Positions 10,160 through 20,168 of a DNA stretch of 64,000 bases are shown here, in pieces. The translations under genes and the position numbers were made by a program. Below the pieces are notes generated by a model, which was not told the DNA's origin, did not search any database, and worked only from the letters and a program-made list of their open reading frames with translations. The stretch's first letter is position 1; every line of letters begins with the position of its first letter. The stretch is from Thermodesulfobacteriota bacterium. Its GTDB lineage: Bacteria > Desulfobacterota > Binatia > Bin18. The stretch lies in the NCBI GenBank assembly GCA_964291405.2, contig OZ219926.1, positions 2,656,001 to 2,720,000 on the forward strand, written 5' to 3'.

Positions 10160-11347
10160 ATGTCAGGACCGTTGGCTGGTTATCGCGTTATTGACGTCAC
10201 CCAGATGTTGTCAGGCCCCATGGCCACCATGATGCTGGGCGACCAGGGGGCGGATGTCATCAAGGTCGAACCGCCGGACACGGGCGATCTGACCCGTGCC
10301 CTGGGTGGAAAATCACGGCCTATCTCCCCGTTTTTTTCCACCCTGAATCGGAATAAGCGCTCGGTGGTCCTGAATCTGAAAGACGAAAAGGGCGTCGGGT
10401 TGCTCAAAGATCTCGTCGCCGGCGCCGATGTGTTTGTCCAGAATTTCCGGCCCGGTATAGCCGAGCGTATGGGGATTGGTGAGGACGTCCTGCGCCAGGT
10501 GAAACCGGACCTCATCTATGTGTCCATCAGCGGCTTTGGCGAAAAAGGGCCGTATGTCGGCAAACGCGTATATGATCCGGTCATCCAGGCGCTGTCCGGT
10601 CTGGCCGATATTCAGGCCGACCCGGACTCTGGCCGGCCGCGCATGATGCGGCTCATCATTCCCGACAAGGTCACGGCTCTGACTGCGGCCCAGGCTATTA
10701 CCGCCGCCCTCCTGGCCCGGGAACGGACCGGGGAGGGGCAGCATGTCCGGCTTGCCATGCTGGACGCGGTGGTCTCTTTTCTGTGGCACGAGGGCATGAC
10801 GCAGTACACCTTCATGGGCTCGGATATCGGGCCGGCCCGACCGGCTGACACGCGCGACCTGATCTTTGAGACCGCGGACGGCTATATCACCGCGGCCGCG
10901 GTCTCGGACAAGGAGTGGCAGGGGATGACGCGTGCCCTGGAGCGGCCCGAATGGTTGGAAGATGCCCGGTTCAGCACGCCTGCCGGGCGGGTCAAATACG
11001 CCGACGTACGTTTGGATCTGACGGCCGAGGTCTTGAAAGAAAGAAGCTCGGCCGAATGGCTGGAACGTCTCGATGCCGAGCAGGTGCCGTGCGCGCCGGT
11101 CAATCGCAAGGCCGACGTCTTGACCGACCCGCAGGTTGCGGCCAACAACCTGATTGTTGAATCCGACCATCCGCACGCCGGCCACATGCGCCAGGCCAGG
11201 CCGGCTGCGCGGTTCGAGGGCACGCCCGCGGAACTCCTGCGCCAGCCGGCCCCGCTGCTGGGCGAGCAGACCGACACGATTCTGACCGAACTGGGCCTGT
11301 CTGCGGACACCCTGGCCGAGTTGCGCGAGGCCGGCACGATTGCCTGA
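10160..11347 (+). CDS. CaiB/BaiF family III CoA-transferase
   Basis: GPLAG.RVID, GADVIKVE, NRNKRS, NFRPG, YDPVIQA. Confidence 0.92.
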   Translation: MSGPLAGYRVIDVTQMLSGPMATMMLGDQGADVIKVEPPDTGDLTRALGGKSRPISPFFSTLNRNKRSVVLNLKDEKGVGLLKDLVAGADVFVQNFRPGIAERMGIGEDVLRQVKPDLIYVSISGFGEKGPYVGKRVYDPVIQALSGLADIQADPDSGRPRMMRLIIPDKVTALTAAQAITAALLARERTGEGQHVRLAMLDAVVSFLWHEGMTQYTFMGSDIGPARPADTRDLIFETADGYITAAAVSDKEWQGMTRALERPEWLEDARFSTPAGRVKYADVRLDLTAEVLKERSSAEWLERLDAEQVPCAPVNRKADVLTDPQVAANNLIVESDHPHAGHMRQARPAARFEGTPAELLRQPAPLLGEQTDTILTELGLSADTLAELREAGTIA

Positions 11348-11413
11348 CTGAAGAGGGTGGTGTGGTGAAGCAGAAGATTAGCAGCAATAATGCTACCCCA
11401 AGATGAGGACAGC

Positions 11414-11608
11414 ATGACACCAGAACTGATCGTTATCATCGCTGCAACCGTGGCCCTTGCCGGGCTTATCCTGAACGGTAATCGTGGCCTGACCCAGCGC
11501 ATGGACCGTCTGGAGGACCGGCTTGCAAGCGTGGAACGCGAGCAAGCCCACTTGGCCGGGTTGCTTGAAGGGCTTCGGGAAGCTATCAGCGGCCACCGTG
11601 CCGCCTAA
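11414..11608 (+). CDS. Small TM plus coiled-coil hypothetical protein
   Basis: SD GAGGA; MTPELIVIIAATVALAGLIL then RMDRLEDRLASVERE...LEGLL. Confidence 0.6.
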   Translation: MTPELIVIIAATVALAGLILNGNRGLTQRMDRLEDRLASVEREQAHLAGLLEGLREAISGHRAA

Positions 11609-11682
11609 GCACCGCCTGCACTCTCCCACCTCACAATACGCACTATCGTTCGAGATAATGCAATATTGAGAGGTCAACTCAT

Positions 11683-12294
11683 ATGGACGCTGGGGAAGAA
11701 TATATAAACTGCCTTCTTGCTGACTTCACTTCGATAAAAGGAGAAATCGCAAGGCGATCAACTCTACAACGTTTCGTGCTGGTCGGTTTTGCAACGGTGC
11801 TGATACTCATATTTCAGCAATCTACCTCGTATACACTCACGTCTGATTGGATAATGGGACTATGGGTCAGCAGTGCTCTCTTCCTCCAGTTCTACATGAG
11901 AGAGCATATAGAAATCCGGCGTTTAGGAACCATCATAAAAAGAGAGATTGCAAGGGACGCAGGACTTATACTCGCCCGATCACCAATGAGCCTCTTTCAT
12001 TCAGAAACTCTTCTCGTAGACCAAGAAGAGCAAGATTGTCGAACGCTGTGGTATGACGCAAAGTTCAGATGCTGGACACAGCCTTATGATGCACAGTTTA
12101 ACTGGGCAGTGTTTTTTCTTCTACCATTCTTGATGACTTTAGGCTCTATTGCATCAGTGCCTTTTTCTTCCCTCTCCATGCCCTCAGCCAAAGAATGGAT
12201 TGCCTTTAGTGTGTTTTTTGGTGCAGTTCTCAGGTGTTTTCTTCTTTTGAAAAGACATGCCTATCCTATTTGGTATCGTGCACGCTATCAGTAG
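11683..12294 (+). CDS. Hypothetical membrane protein, AT-rich
   Basis: 203-aa ORF with about four TM segments, SD GAGG, visibly lower GC than flanks. Confidence 0.55.
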   Translation: MDAGEEYINCLLADFTSIKGEIARRSTLQRFVLVGFATVLILIFQQSTSYTLTSDWIMGLWVSSALFLQFYMREHIEIRRLGTIIKREIARDAGLILARSPMSLFHSETLLVDQEEQDCRTLWYDAKFRCWTQPYDAQFNWAVFFLLPFLMTLGSIASVPFSSLSMPSAKEWIAFSVFFGAVLRCFLLLKRHAYPIWYRARYQ

Positions 12295-12423
12295 TGTCTT
12301 CGATGTTCTTAATCGTAAGGGAATAGTGTTGTTTTCACCTCCCTAGTCTGCTTCGTTCATACTCTGCCCAAGGTTATTTCCACCAAGAATGCCGACCTCG
12401 ATGGCTGGGCGAATTGAGGTTTT

Positions 12424-13623
12424 TCAAGCTGAACGCCCCAAGCGGCCGGCCTTCCAGAGCAGGACCAGCAGCACGACCCAGAACACCTGGGCACCAATAG
12501 CCGCCGCCCACAGGAACCAAGCCAGTTTGCTGGCAATGGCACACAGCAGCACGAGTAGAGAATAGTCGCGGCTGGTCAGCCCGGCGACCATTTTTTCAAT
12601 CCAGACATCTTCCCAGCCACCCCGCGCCCGGCCGGCGTCTTCGGTTTTCTCGGCTCGCGTTACCAATGGGAAGGAAATGAACGCGGCTGCGGCCAGCAGA
12701 CCGCCGAGCAGCGGGGCAGCAGCCAGTCCATCCTGTTTCCACACTGCCACCCCGACCCCGAGAAAAATGGCAATATGGACAACCGTATCCAGAGTGATGT
12801 CGAGCCACTCTCCCAGCGGCGATTCCAGCATTTTGACCCGCGCCACCTCTCCGTCCACGCAATCAAGAACGGTTGAGAACTGAAGCAACAGCGCCCCAAG
12901 CACCGACCCGCCATAACTGCCAAACAGAAAGCAGCTCGCGCCCAGCAGGCCGGTCAGAAATGAGAGAATGGTAATCTGATTGGGCATCAACGGGGTGCGG
13001 AGGAAAAGGCGGGTGAGCAGCCGGGAACAACTGCGATTGAGGTAAGCATCAACCAGACCGTCACGCGGGTTTTCCAGAGTAAGGAGAAAAGAGTGTTCGA
13101 CCGCACCCCAGTCGTCCTGTTGAGTCAAACGATACAAGAAGTGCTGACCGGAAGACCGCACCGGAAGCTGTTCGATATATTCTTGCGGCAGGTTGCCCCC
13201 CTGGGTCCAGGCCGCCAGCAGAGAAGGGAGCTGCGAAACAGGGACAACCGCCAGGCTTGTATGATTGGAGTCAAAGTGTACCTGCCAACCGTCCTTGCCT
13301 TCTTTCTCTACATCCTGAATCAGGGTCGGGCGGAAAAGCGTATCGCACGAGAAAACCAGACAGCGCCCCACGTCGGAAGGGAGATTCTCCGGCAGCGGAC
13401 CGTGCGGTGTGACCCATACCATGTCTGCGGTGAGCCGCGGGTCGTTTTCCAGCGAGCGTTGCAGGGCTGCCGTCTCTTCATGGCGGGCCAATACGTAGCA
13501 GACCTGTGCGCCCACCCGCTGGGCGGTCAGCAGTGCTCGTTTCAGCAGCGAGAGCCCGCCAAAACGTATTAGTGGAGACAGGGCGTTCACCCCTCCGGTT
13601 GAGATCACAGCAGTATGAACCAT
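12424..13623 (-). CDS. CDP-alcohol phosphatidyltransferase with N-terminal degenerate nucleotidyltransferase-like domain
   Basis: PNQIT, DCVDGEVAR...S.LGEWLD..LD signature; start set at MVHTAVIS. Confidence 0.85.
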   Translation of the reverse strand: MVHTAVISTGGVNALSPLIRFGGLSLLKRALLTAQRVGAQVCYVLARHEETAALQRSLENDPRLTADMVWVTPHGPLPENLPSDVGRCLVFSCDTLFRPTLIQDVEKEGKDGWQVHFDSNHTSLAVVPVSQLPSLLAAWTQGGNLPQEYIEQLPVRSSGQHFLYRLTQQDDWGAVEHSFLLTLENPRDGLVDAYLNRSCSRLLTRLFLRTPLMPNQITILSFLTGLLGASCFLFGSYGGSVLGALLLQFSTVLDCVDGEVARVKMLESPLGEWLDITLDTVVHIAIFLGVGVAVWKQDGLAAAPLLGGLLAAAAFISFPLVTRAEKTEDAGRARGGWEDVWIEKMVAGLTSRDYSLLVLLCAIASKLAWFLWAAAIGAQVFWVVLLVLLWKAGRLGRSA

Positions 13624-13724
13624 ACGTGACCCAAACCGATACATTCGGCTGCCGCTGCTGGCAAGCAGGGCCGAGAGCGCCCTTGATTGCCTCTGCCGAC
13701 TTGAACGCCTAGGATGCACTCAGA

Positions 13725-14534
13725 ATGAATACGGAACGGTCTGATAGGAAGCCCTGGTATGCGGTGTTCTGCCTGGGCGCGTACGGACTGAGTGGCCTGC
13801 TTCTGGTCGCGTGCGCCACGGAGAAAAAAGATTTTATGGCCTCGGCAAGAGAATTTGAAAGCCGGACCCTGTTTGCCCCGGCTATGAAGGAGTATGAAGA
13901 GGCCATTGAAGAAAACCCCAATAACGCCGAAGCCTATTATCGCATTGGGGCGTTGGCCAACGAGCTCGGCAATACGGAGTTTGCGGCGCAAAGATTCCGT
14001 CAGGCCCTGAATATCGATGCCAATCATCCGGGCGCGAAGCGAGCGATGACAACCTATCATATCAACCGTGGGACCATTGCCCGGCAACAGGGCCGACTGA
14101 GCGCGGCTCGTAGCGAGTTGCAAGCTGCGGTGCGGGTTGACCCACGTTCAAGCGTAGCCCAGCTTGAACTCGGACGAGTCCACGAAGCAGAAGGCCGCCT
14201 CGACGATGCTTTGCAAGCCTATATCGCTTCGGCTGAGACCGACCCACAAAACATTGACACCCAACTGGCACTCGGCCAGGGTTATCTCGCCCAAAAGCAG
14301 TACGCCGAGGCCGTGATAGCACTGAAGGCGGTGCTGGATGCCAACCCGGACAAGGCGGAGGCCTATACCGGTCTGGGGGAAGCCTATTTTCACCAGGGTC
14401 AGAAGCAGGCAGCCCAGCAGGCATTCGAGCAGGCCATTCGGCACTATCTGCTCAAAGGGCGGCGCGACTTGGCCAAACAGGTCAAAGAGCAGGCGGACGC
14501 CCTCTTCCCACCAGCTTCAGAGACCAAAGAATAA
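13725..14534 (+). CDS. TPR-repeat lipoprotein
   Basis: LLVAC lipobox; repeated A..NP..AEAY..LG helices. Confidence 0.85.
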   Translation: MNTERSDRKPWYAVFCLGAYGLSGLLLVACATEKKDFMASAREFESRTLFAPAMKEYEEAIEENPNNAEAYYRIGALANELGNTEFAAQRFRQALNIDANHPGAKRAMTTYHINRGTIARQQGRLSAARSELQAAVRVDPRSSVAQLELGRVHEAEGRLDDALQAYIASAETDPQNIDTQLALGQGYLAQKQYAEAVIALKAVLDANPDKAEAYTGLGEAYFHQGQKQAAQQAFEQAIRHYLLKGRRDLAKQVKEQADALFPPASETKE

Positions 14535-14553
14535 CTCGGGCGGCCCATACAAT

Positions 14554-15903
14554 TCAGCGCTCCGGGGCAATGTCTTCAAGCGTGCGGCCGCTAGTCTCGG
14601 GAAAGACCAGCGCGACCAGCACCGGAGTGAAGAGCATAATCAGGACCAGGGTTGAAATTGCCGGCCAGTGCGACTGATACACGCCGTACAAGACCGATTC
14701 GAGTATCAACCCGATGCTTCCCCCCACCGTCGCAATAATTATTCGTGCTCCAGCAGCCGTTGAGCGGTAGGAGGTCGGGAAGAGTTCAGAGCCATACGCG
14801 GCCAGCACGACATTGACGCCGAGCAGGGTGAAAATCATCAATACCCAACTGGGAATCACAAACAGGGCCGGCACGTTGTAGTAGGCTATGGTGAACGTCA
14901 CCTGACCTATCAGAAAGCCCATCGTTACCTTCTTGCGTCCAATGCGGTCGCTCAGCCAACCGGCGAACGTGTTGCCCACAATCGCAAACGCCCCGGCCCC
15001 AAACGTCATCAGGCCCACGCCGCCCGGTGTCCAGCCGTGTACGTCCTGGAGATATTTGGGGCCGAAAAAATTAGCCGCCGACTCGGCAACGGCAACCACA
15101 AACAAAACCGTGGTCACGGCAAGAAGGCGGCCCGGATACATCTGTACGAGATTCACCAGGGGCTGAAGCATGGTGTTCGCGCGCTGCCGGCGATAGGCTT
15201 CGAATCGAGCCGTCTCCGGTAGCGCGCGGCGCCAGTAGGCAAGCAGCAGCAGGGGGCCCAGCCCAACCAGATACAGACCCCGCCAGCCATTTTCCATATG
15301 TCCGATCAGGGCAAAGAGCAGCGCGGCCAGCCCCGCACCCGTAGACTGGATGGCGGCTAACGCGCCAACGCCCCAACCTCGGACCTCGGGGTCAAATTCC
15401 TCGGCAATGACAACGACCGCCAACAGTGACTCGGCCACGGCAAAGGTCCGAGCGAAAAACTGGCACATCACAAAAATAGTGGCATTGGGCGAAAAAGCGG
15501 TGGCCCCCGTGAACAGGGTATAGGCCAGAATGGTGAACAGCAGCACCCGCCGCCGGCCGATGCGGTCGGCAACCAGGGCGACGCCAAAGGCCGGCAGCGC
15601 ACCAAAACGGACAATGGAGCCCAGATAGCCGAGTTGGTCTTCGGCAATCCCCAGTCCGGCCTGTATCTGTTTGAGCGACAGGGTGAACAGATACAGGTCG
15701 TACATTTCAAAAAAAGAGGCTGCCGCCACGAGGCCCAGCACGCGCCACTGCCGGCGGGTAAGGGCCGGCGGACGGCCCAGAAACCAGGCGAACCGCAACC
15801 AGCCGGGTCGATAGCTGCGGTCCGCCTCAGCAGACGAAATCGGTTGGCGAGAGATCGGATCGGACATGGAAGCACGCTTTCGGCGCTGCTGGTCTATGCT
15901 CAC
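14554..15903 (-). CDS. MFS transporter
   Basis: ADRIGRRRV and SDRIGRKK motif A, ELFPT..RSTA. Confidence 0.9.
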   Translation of the reverse strand: MSIDQQRRKRASMSDPISRQPISSAEADRSYRPGWLRFAWFLGRPPALTRRQWRVLGLVAAASFFEMYDLYLFTLSLKQIQAGLGIAEDQLGYLGSIVRFGALPAFGVALVADRIGRRRVLLFTILAYTLFTGATAFSPNATIFVMCQFFARTFAVAESLLAVVVIAEEFDPEVRGWGVGALAAIQSTGAGLAALLFALIGHMENGWRGLYLVGLGPLLLLAYWRRALPETARFEAYRRQRANTMLQPLVNLVQMYPGRLLAVTTVLFVVAVAESAANFFGPKYLQDVHGWTPGGVGLMTFGAGAFAIVGNTFAGWLSDRIGRKKVTMGFLIGQVTFTIAYYNVPALFVIPSWVLMIFTLLGVNVVLAAYGSELFPTSYRSTAAGARIIIATVGGSIGLILESVLYGVYQSHWPAISTLVLIMLFTPVLVALVFPETSGRTLEDIAPER

Positions 15904-16014
15904 TTGAGTCTAGGGGGTATACAACCCGGCCTCTAGTAGGGAACCCCCCGAAAATGCTAAACAGAGTGGCGTTCACAGGAAAGCATCCACAGGAAAGCAA
16001 AGGAGGGAACCTGC

Positions 16015-17250
16015 ATGGCAACTGCTGCACTCGACGCGCCGCTGACAAACGGAGCGACCCAGACCTGGCACGAGAAGTACAACTTCGACACCGGCCCCAT
16101 TCCGATTGAGCCGTATATCTCCGAGGAGTATTTCAGGCTCGAACAAGAGCGCGTCTTTCGGAAAGTCTGGCTGAATGTCGGCCGGATTGAGCAGATTCCA
16201 AACCCCGGTGATTATTTTGTCAAAGACCTGCCCATGTGTCGCACCTCTCTGATCGTGACCCGTGACAAAAAGGGCCAGGTCCGCGCCTTCCACAATATGT
16301 GTGCCCACCGCGGCAACAAGGTGGTGTGGAACAGCGGCGGCTCCTGTCAGAACTTCACCTGTAAATTCCACGGCTGGAGTTATGGACTCGACGGGTCACT
16401 CAAATTCGTGCCGGACGAGGAGAGTTTTTTTGATCTCAAGAAAGAACAATTAGGGCTGACACCGGTGGCGATCGATACCTGGGAGGGGTTTATTTTTGTC
16501 AACGTTGATCCCAACCCGACCGAAACCCTTCAGGAATACCTGGGCGAGTTTGCCGAACGGCTGAGCGGCTATCCCTTTGCCGAGACGTCCAGCCAATGTT
16601 TTTCGTGGCAAACGGAGATCAAGTGCAACTGGAAACTGATTAAGGACGCCTTTCAGGAAGCCTACCACGTGGCCTTCCTGCATACCCGCAGCCTGCCCGA
16701 CTCTTTTACCAGCCGTGACAATCCCTTTGGCCATGCGCTGGACTTCCGGCTCTTCAAACGCCACTGCCAGCTCTCCGCCTTCGGCAATCCCGAACACAAG
16801 CCCAGTCCGGTTGAGGCCCTGGCGTATAAAGCTGGCGCACTCATTATTCCTAATGAGTTCACGCGCGAATCCCTGCCGCCGGGGGTGAATCCCACTCGCG
16901 ACCCGCGTTGGTCGCTGGACCTCAACATCTTTTTCCCCAACTTTTTTGTTGACGTGGGCCACGGGACGTATTTTACGTATAATTTCTGGCCGTTGGCGGC
17001 TGACCGGTCCCTCTGGGAAGTGCGGTCGTATTTCCCAAAGGCGCACACCGTCGTCCAGCGTTTCAGTCAGGAATACAGCAAGGTCATCTTCCGCGACATC
17101 CTCACCGAAGACGCCAGTACGATGGAGCAGACCCAGCAAGTGCTGGCCTCGGGCGCGAAAAAGGAATTCATCCTCCAGGACCAGGAACTCCTGGTGCGCT
17201 TCGGTAACTGGGTGCTGGAAGACTATATCAACGGCGCACAGGCGCAGTAA
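16015..17250 (+). CDS. Rieske aromatic ring-hydroxylating oxygenase alpha subunit
   Basis: CAHRG...CKFHGW Rieske ligands; NWK...EAYH..FLH and ED mononuclear Fe ligands. Confidence 0.92.
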   Translation: MATAALDAPLTNGATQTWHEKYNFDTGPIPIEPYISEEYFRLEQERVFRKVWLNVGRIEQIPNPGDYFVKDLPMCRTSLIVTRDKKGQVRAFHNMCAHRGNKVVWNSGGSCQNFTCKFHGWSYGLDGSLKFVPDEESFFDLKKEQLGLTPVAIDTWEGFIFVNVDPNPTETLQEYLGEFAERLSGYPFAETSSQCFSWQTEIKCNWKLIKDAFQEAYHVAFLHTRSLPDSFTSRDNPFGHALDFRLFKRHCQLSAFGNPEHKPSPVEALAYKAGALIIPNEFTRESLPPGVNPTRDPRWSLDLNIFFPNFFVDVGHGTYFTYNFWPLAADRSLWEVRSYFPKAHTVVQRFSQEYSKVIFRDILTEDASTMEQTQQVLASGAKKEFILQDQELLVRFGNWVLEDYINGAQAQ

Positions 17251-17272
17251 CGCAGGAATCTCACCGCGACAG

Positions 17273-17298
17273 GGGCGACCTCCGGGTCGCCCTTTTTT
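17273..17298 (+). terminator. GC hairpin plus T tract (REP-derived, intrinsic terminator-like)
   Basis: gggcgacc-tccg-ggtcgccc-ttttt between convergent genes. Confidence 0.65.
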
Positions 17299-18079
17299 AT
17301 ATAAAGCGCTGCAAAAACGAGATGGCCGCTCGGTTGAAGGTCTCGGGCGCTTCAAGGTTGACCGCGTGCCCGGCGTCGGCCTCAACAACTTCCAAATAGG
17401 GTAAGGTCTGCTCGGCAAAGCGGCGGCGTGGCACGAAGCGCTCTTCTTGCGTTCCACATACCAGCAGGGTCGGCACCTGATTGGTTTTCATCAATGCCGG
17501 ATCAATGGGATCGGCGAGCGAGGTATAGCGCGCCGTGTAGGCCGCCCCCAGAGGATCGTGGCGCGTCGCATCTGTGCACAACGCCTGTTTGAATTCCGGG
17601 GCCAGACGGCGCGCATTCTTCGGGTGGACGGCGATTCTTTCGAGCGCAGCCGCCCCATCGCGCTTCGCCAGCGCAATCAGTTTGTCGGTCCCCGGCCGTA
17701 TCTCTCGTACCCAGTCCATACTGCTGAACGCGGTCGAGGAATTGGTCACCAGGTGAGCCAGGACTCGGTCCGGATGGGCCAGGACATAGCGGAGGGTCAG
17801 ACCGGCTCCAAGCGACTGACCAATGACAAACCAGTCTGCTACGCCGAGCGCTTCCCGGATGCGTTCAAACGCCTCGACGTAGCGCTCCGGAGCGTACTCA
17901 TAGGGGTCGTCGGGAGCGGGCGACCGACCGTGGCCGAACAGCTCAACCACCACCGGGCGGCACACCGTAGACAGCGCCTCCAGATTGGGCAGCCACTGCG
18001 CCCGGCTTGAGAGAAAGCCGTGCAGCATCAGCGCATACGGTCCCTGTCCGGCTCGGACTTCGTAGTATGGCAGCAGCAT
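17297..18079 (-). CDS. Alpha/beta hydrolase (MenH-like)
   Basis: LHGF, GHGRS, GQSLG nucleophile, AGHAVNLE.P. Confidence 0.85.
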   Translation of the reverse strand: MLLPYYEVRAGQGPYALMLHGFLSSRAQWLPNLEALSTVCRPVVVELFGHGRSPAPDDPYEYAPERYVEAFERIREALGVADWFVIGQSLGAGLTLRYVLAHPDRVLAHLVTNSSTAFSSMDWVREIRPGTDKLIALAKRDGAAALERIAVHPKNARRLAPEFKQALCTDATRHDPLGAAYTARYTSLADPIDPALMKTNQVPTLLVCGTQEERFVPRRRFAEQTLPYLEVVEADAGHAVNLEAPETFNRAAISFLQRFI

Positions 18080-18158
18080 GGACGGTGTTCCTAACACGAA
18101 CGCGGGTAAGCGGGATATGGGGGGATACGGTCTGCTTGAAAGTTCCTGTAACTGGTAT

Positions 18159-18629
18159 TCACCATTGCCGGACGGGCGATTCGGGCGACTGCGGACAGAC
18201 GCCAGGACACCCTTCCTGCTGAGAATAATCCGGCAATCCCTCAATCTGAGCCGGGTTCACCGCGCTGATCAGAAAGGTGCGCTTTTTATAATACAGCCGT
18301 CCTTCAAAGTGCAGCGGCAGCCCTTCGGCTGCGTCACTTTGTATATATTTCATGATAGAGGCCGGTCCAGTAAAGGAGAGAAAGCGCCCAAAATGGCGGA
18401 GCACCGTCGGCACAGAGTTGCCTGCCATCCGCACCTCAACATCCCGGATGCGCATTTTCCATACTTCGCCGGCCAGACTGATTTCAAAGTACGGGTACAG
18501 CTCGCCGATCTCATCGTCTGGGCGAATTAACACACCGGTCAACCGTATTGGGACACTCTGCGCGGCTACGCTGAGCGCGTCAGACAACAGGAGAAGAGCG
18601 ATAAAAAGTACACAAGCGGTCGGTCGCAT
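18159..18629 (-). CDS. Secreted hypothetical protein (paralog of 35170..35643)
   Basis: SD GAGGA, signal peptide, PIRLTG...GRLYY...LISAV. Confidence 0.6.
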   Translation of the reverse strand: MRPTACVLFIALLLLSDALSVAAQSVPIRLTGVLIRPDDEIGELYPYFEISLAGEVWKMRIRDVEVRMAGNSVPTVLRHFGRFLSFTGPASIMKYIQSDAAEGLPLHFEGRLYYKKRTFLISAVNPAQIEGLPDYSQQEGCPGVCPQSPESPVRQW

Positions 18630-18763
18630 ACATCCTCTGTGTCTTCGTCGTCCGCCTGGTGAAGACTGCTGAAGGGCGGCAGGGAATATGGAAATACTCT
18701 GGTCACATATATGGATTCTGCTACAAGGCAGAGAAAGGATACGAGCAAGGAGCGACAGCACCC

Positions 18764-19018
18764 ATGAATACGGAACAGATCAAGAGTTCTCTCAATACCG
18801 AAGGCGCGGCCATGCTGTATTGGATTTGTCTGATGCTTGGTGTCTTCATGTGGACGATCGGCGAACTCACCACCACCTCGCACCTCCGACAGATATCACG
18901 CGATGTCGAGGAACTGAAGTCGCTGGTGGAGGAGGTCCAGGAGCAGACCGAATGTGTGGAGATGGCGCACGGGACCGACCCTAAGCGTAACGTCTCCAGC
19001 CAACCACCGACAATATGA
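18764..19018 (+). CDS. Small TM plus coiled-coil hypothetical protein
   Basis: SD AAGGAG; LYWICLMLGVFMWTIG followed by heptads. Confidence 0.45.
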   Translation: MNTEQIKSSLNTEGAAMLYWICLMLGVFMWTIGELTTTSHLRQISRDVEELKSLVEEVQEQTECVEMAHGTDPKRNVSSQPPTI

Positions 19019-19030
19019 GCAAGACAGCCA

Positions 19031-19063
19031 GTAGGCCTGATTAGCCTCAGGCGTCATCCGACA
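19031..19063 (+). repeat. REP-like palindrome (GTAGG-type)
   Basis: gtaggcctgattagcctcaggcgtcatccgaca, similar to the copy at 908. Confidence 0.55.
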
Positions 19064-19208
19064 CCGCTAGCGAATCGGTTACCATCAATATCGCCGCAAT
19101 CCGCCGCGCCACCTCCGCAAAATACCACACCTCCTCTGACCTTAGCGCCCGCCCCAGCACTGCCCGTTCACGGTACGATAACCACTTTTTAAGCACCTGA
19201 TAGCGGCC
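19047..19208 (-). pseudogene. C-terminal fragment of a type ISP restriction-modification enzyme
   Basis: Hand translation GRYQVLKKWLSYRERAVLGRALRSEEVWYFAEVARRIAAIL; resembles the GGYQV.KKWLSYR C-terminal motif; no upstream body. Confidence 0.65.
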
Positions 19209-19292
19209 GGCATGCCGCCTGTTGTGGCTGAGTCCGGGCCGACAGGCAAGACCCGTACGGGCAAACCTATCCTGACCCTTCGACTAACCAGT

Positions 19293-19320
19293 GTAGGGGC
19301 AATTCATGAATTGCCCCTAC
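19293..19320. repeat. REP-like 28-bp perfect palindrome
   Basis: gtaggggcaattcatgaattgcccctac. Confidence 0.8.
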
Positions 19321-19424
19321 GGAACCCCGCAGAAGATAGGGCGTATTGTGGGCGGGGTGACGCGGCCAAGCCTCTTCCCGTATGATGTATTCCGATCCAA
19401 CACATCTGGAAGGAGTACCTCGTC

Positions 19425-20030
19425 ATGCACCTCTACGATTTTCCGCAGTCGCCCAACTGCCGCCGGGTGCGGATGTATCTGGCGGAAAAAGGGATCACTC
19501 TCCCTCTTAAGCCGCTCGACTTGTTGAGCGGAGAGCAGAGAACACCAGCCTATCTCCATAAAAATCCCTTTGGCGCAGTCCCGCTGCTGGAACTCGACGA
19601 CGGCTCGGTCATCCCGGAGTCACTGGCCATTATCGAGTATCTGGAAGAACTACATCCCGACCCGCCGCTGTTTGGCACGACACCGTTTGAACGCGCCCAG
19701 GTGCGAGTGTGGGAGCGCCGGGCGGAGTTTGGCGTCTTGCTCCAAGGGACCCGCCGCTTTTTACATACCAGCCCGTATTTTGCCGAGCGGATCGAACAAA
19801 GCCCGAAAGTGGTCGAGGAAGCCGGTCAGGTGCTCAGCGAACGGCTCTCCCTTTTCAACACGCATTTGCAAGACAACGAATGGCTGGCCGGTGCCTACTC
19901 GGTGGCCGACATCTCGATGTTTGTTGCCATTGAGTTTGCCGCCATGTCGAACTTTCAACTCGATCCGGCCTGGGTGCACGTACAGCGCTGGTACTCGGCC
20001 GTACGAAAACGTCCAAGCACACAGGCCTGA
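19425..20030 (+). CDS. Glutathione S-transferase family protein
   Basis: SPNCRRVR, NPFGAVP.L, ESLAIIEYL, YSVADI. Confidence 0.9.
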   Translation: MHLYDFPQSPNCRRVRMYLAEKGITLPLKPLDLLSGEQRTPAYLHKNPFGAVPLLELDDGSVIPESLAIIEYLEELHPDPPLFGTTPFERAQVRVWERRAEFGVLLQGTRRFLHTSPYFAERIEQSPKVVEEAGQVLSERLSLFNTHLQDNEWLAGAYSVADISMFVAIEFAAMSNFQLDPAWVHVQRWYSAVRKRPSTQA

Positions 20031-20096
20031 CCCGTTTTCTCACGTATGCTGCAAATGAGGCTGTCCGGTGGTTGGCCGGCAGTTTTGCCCTCACAC

Positions 20097-20130
20097 TCAG
20101 CCTGAGCTTGTCGAAAGGCTGGGTGAGGGG
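20097..20130 (+). repeat. CCTGAGCTTGTCGAA-type short intergenic repeat
   Basis: tcagcctgagcttgtcgaaaggctgggtgagggg. Confidence 0.45.
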
Positions 20131-20168
20131 TACAACGACTGCCGATACTGCGTGAGAAGGAGAGGAAT

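Noticed and set aside
11603-11655. gcctaagcaccgcctgca as an integron attC start
   Set aside because: It lacks the AAC core and a complementary right arm, and there is no second site after the orphan gene.
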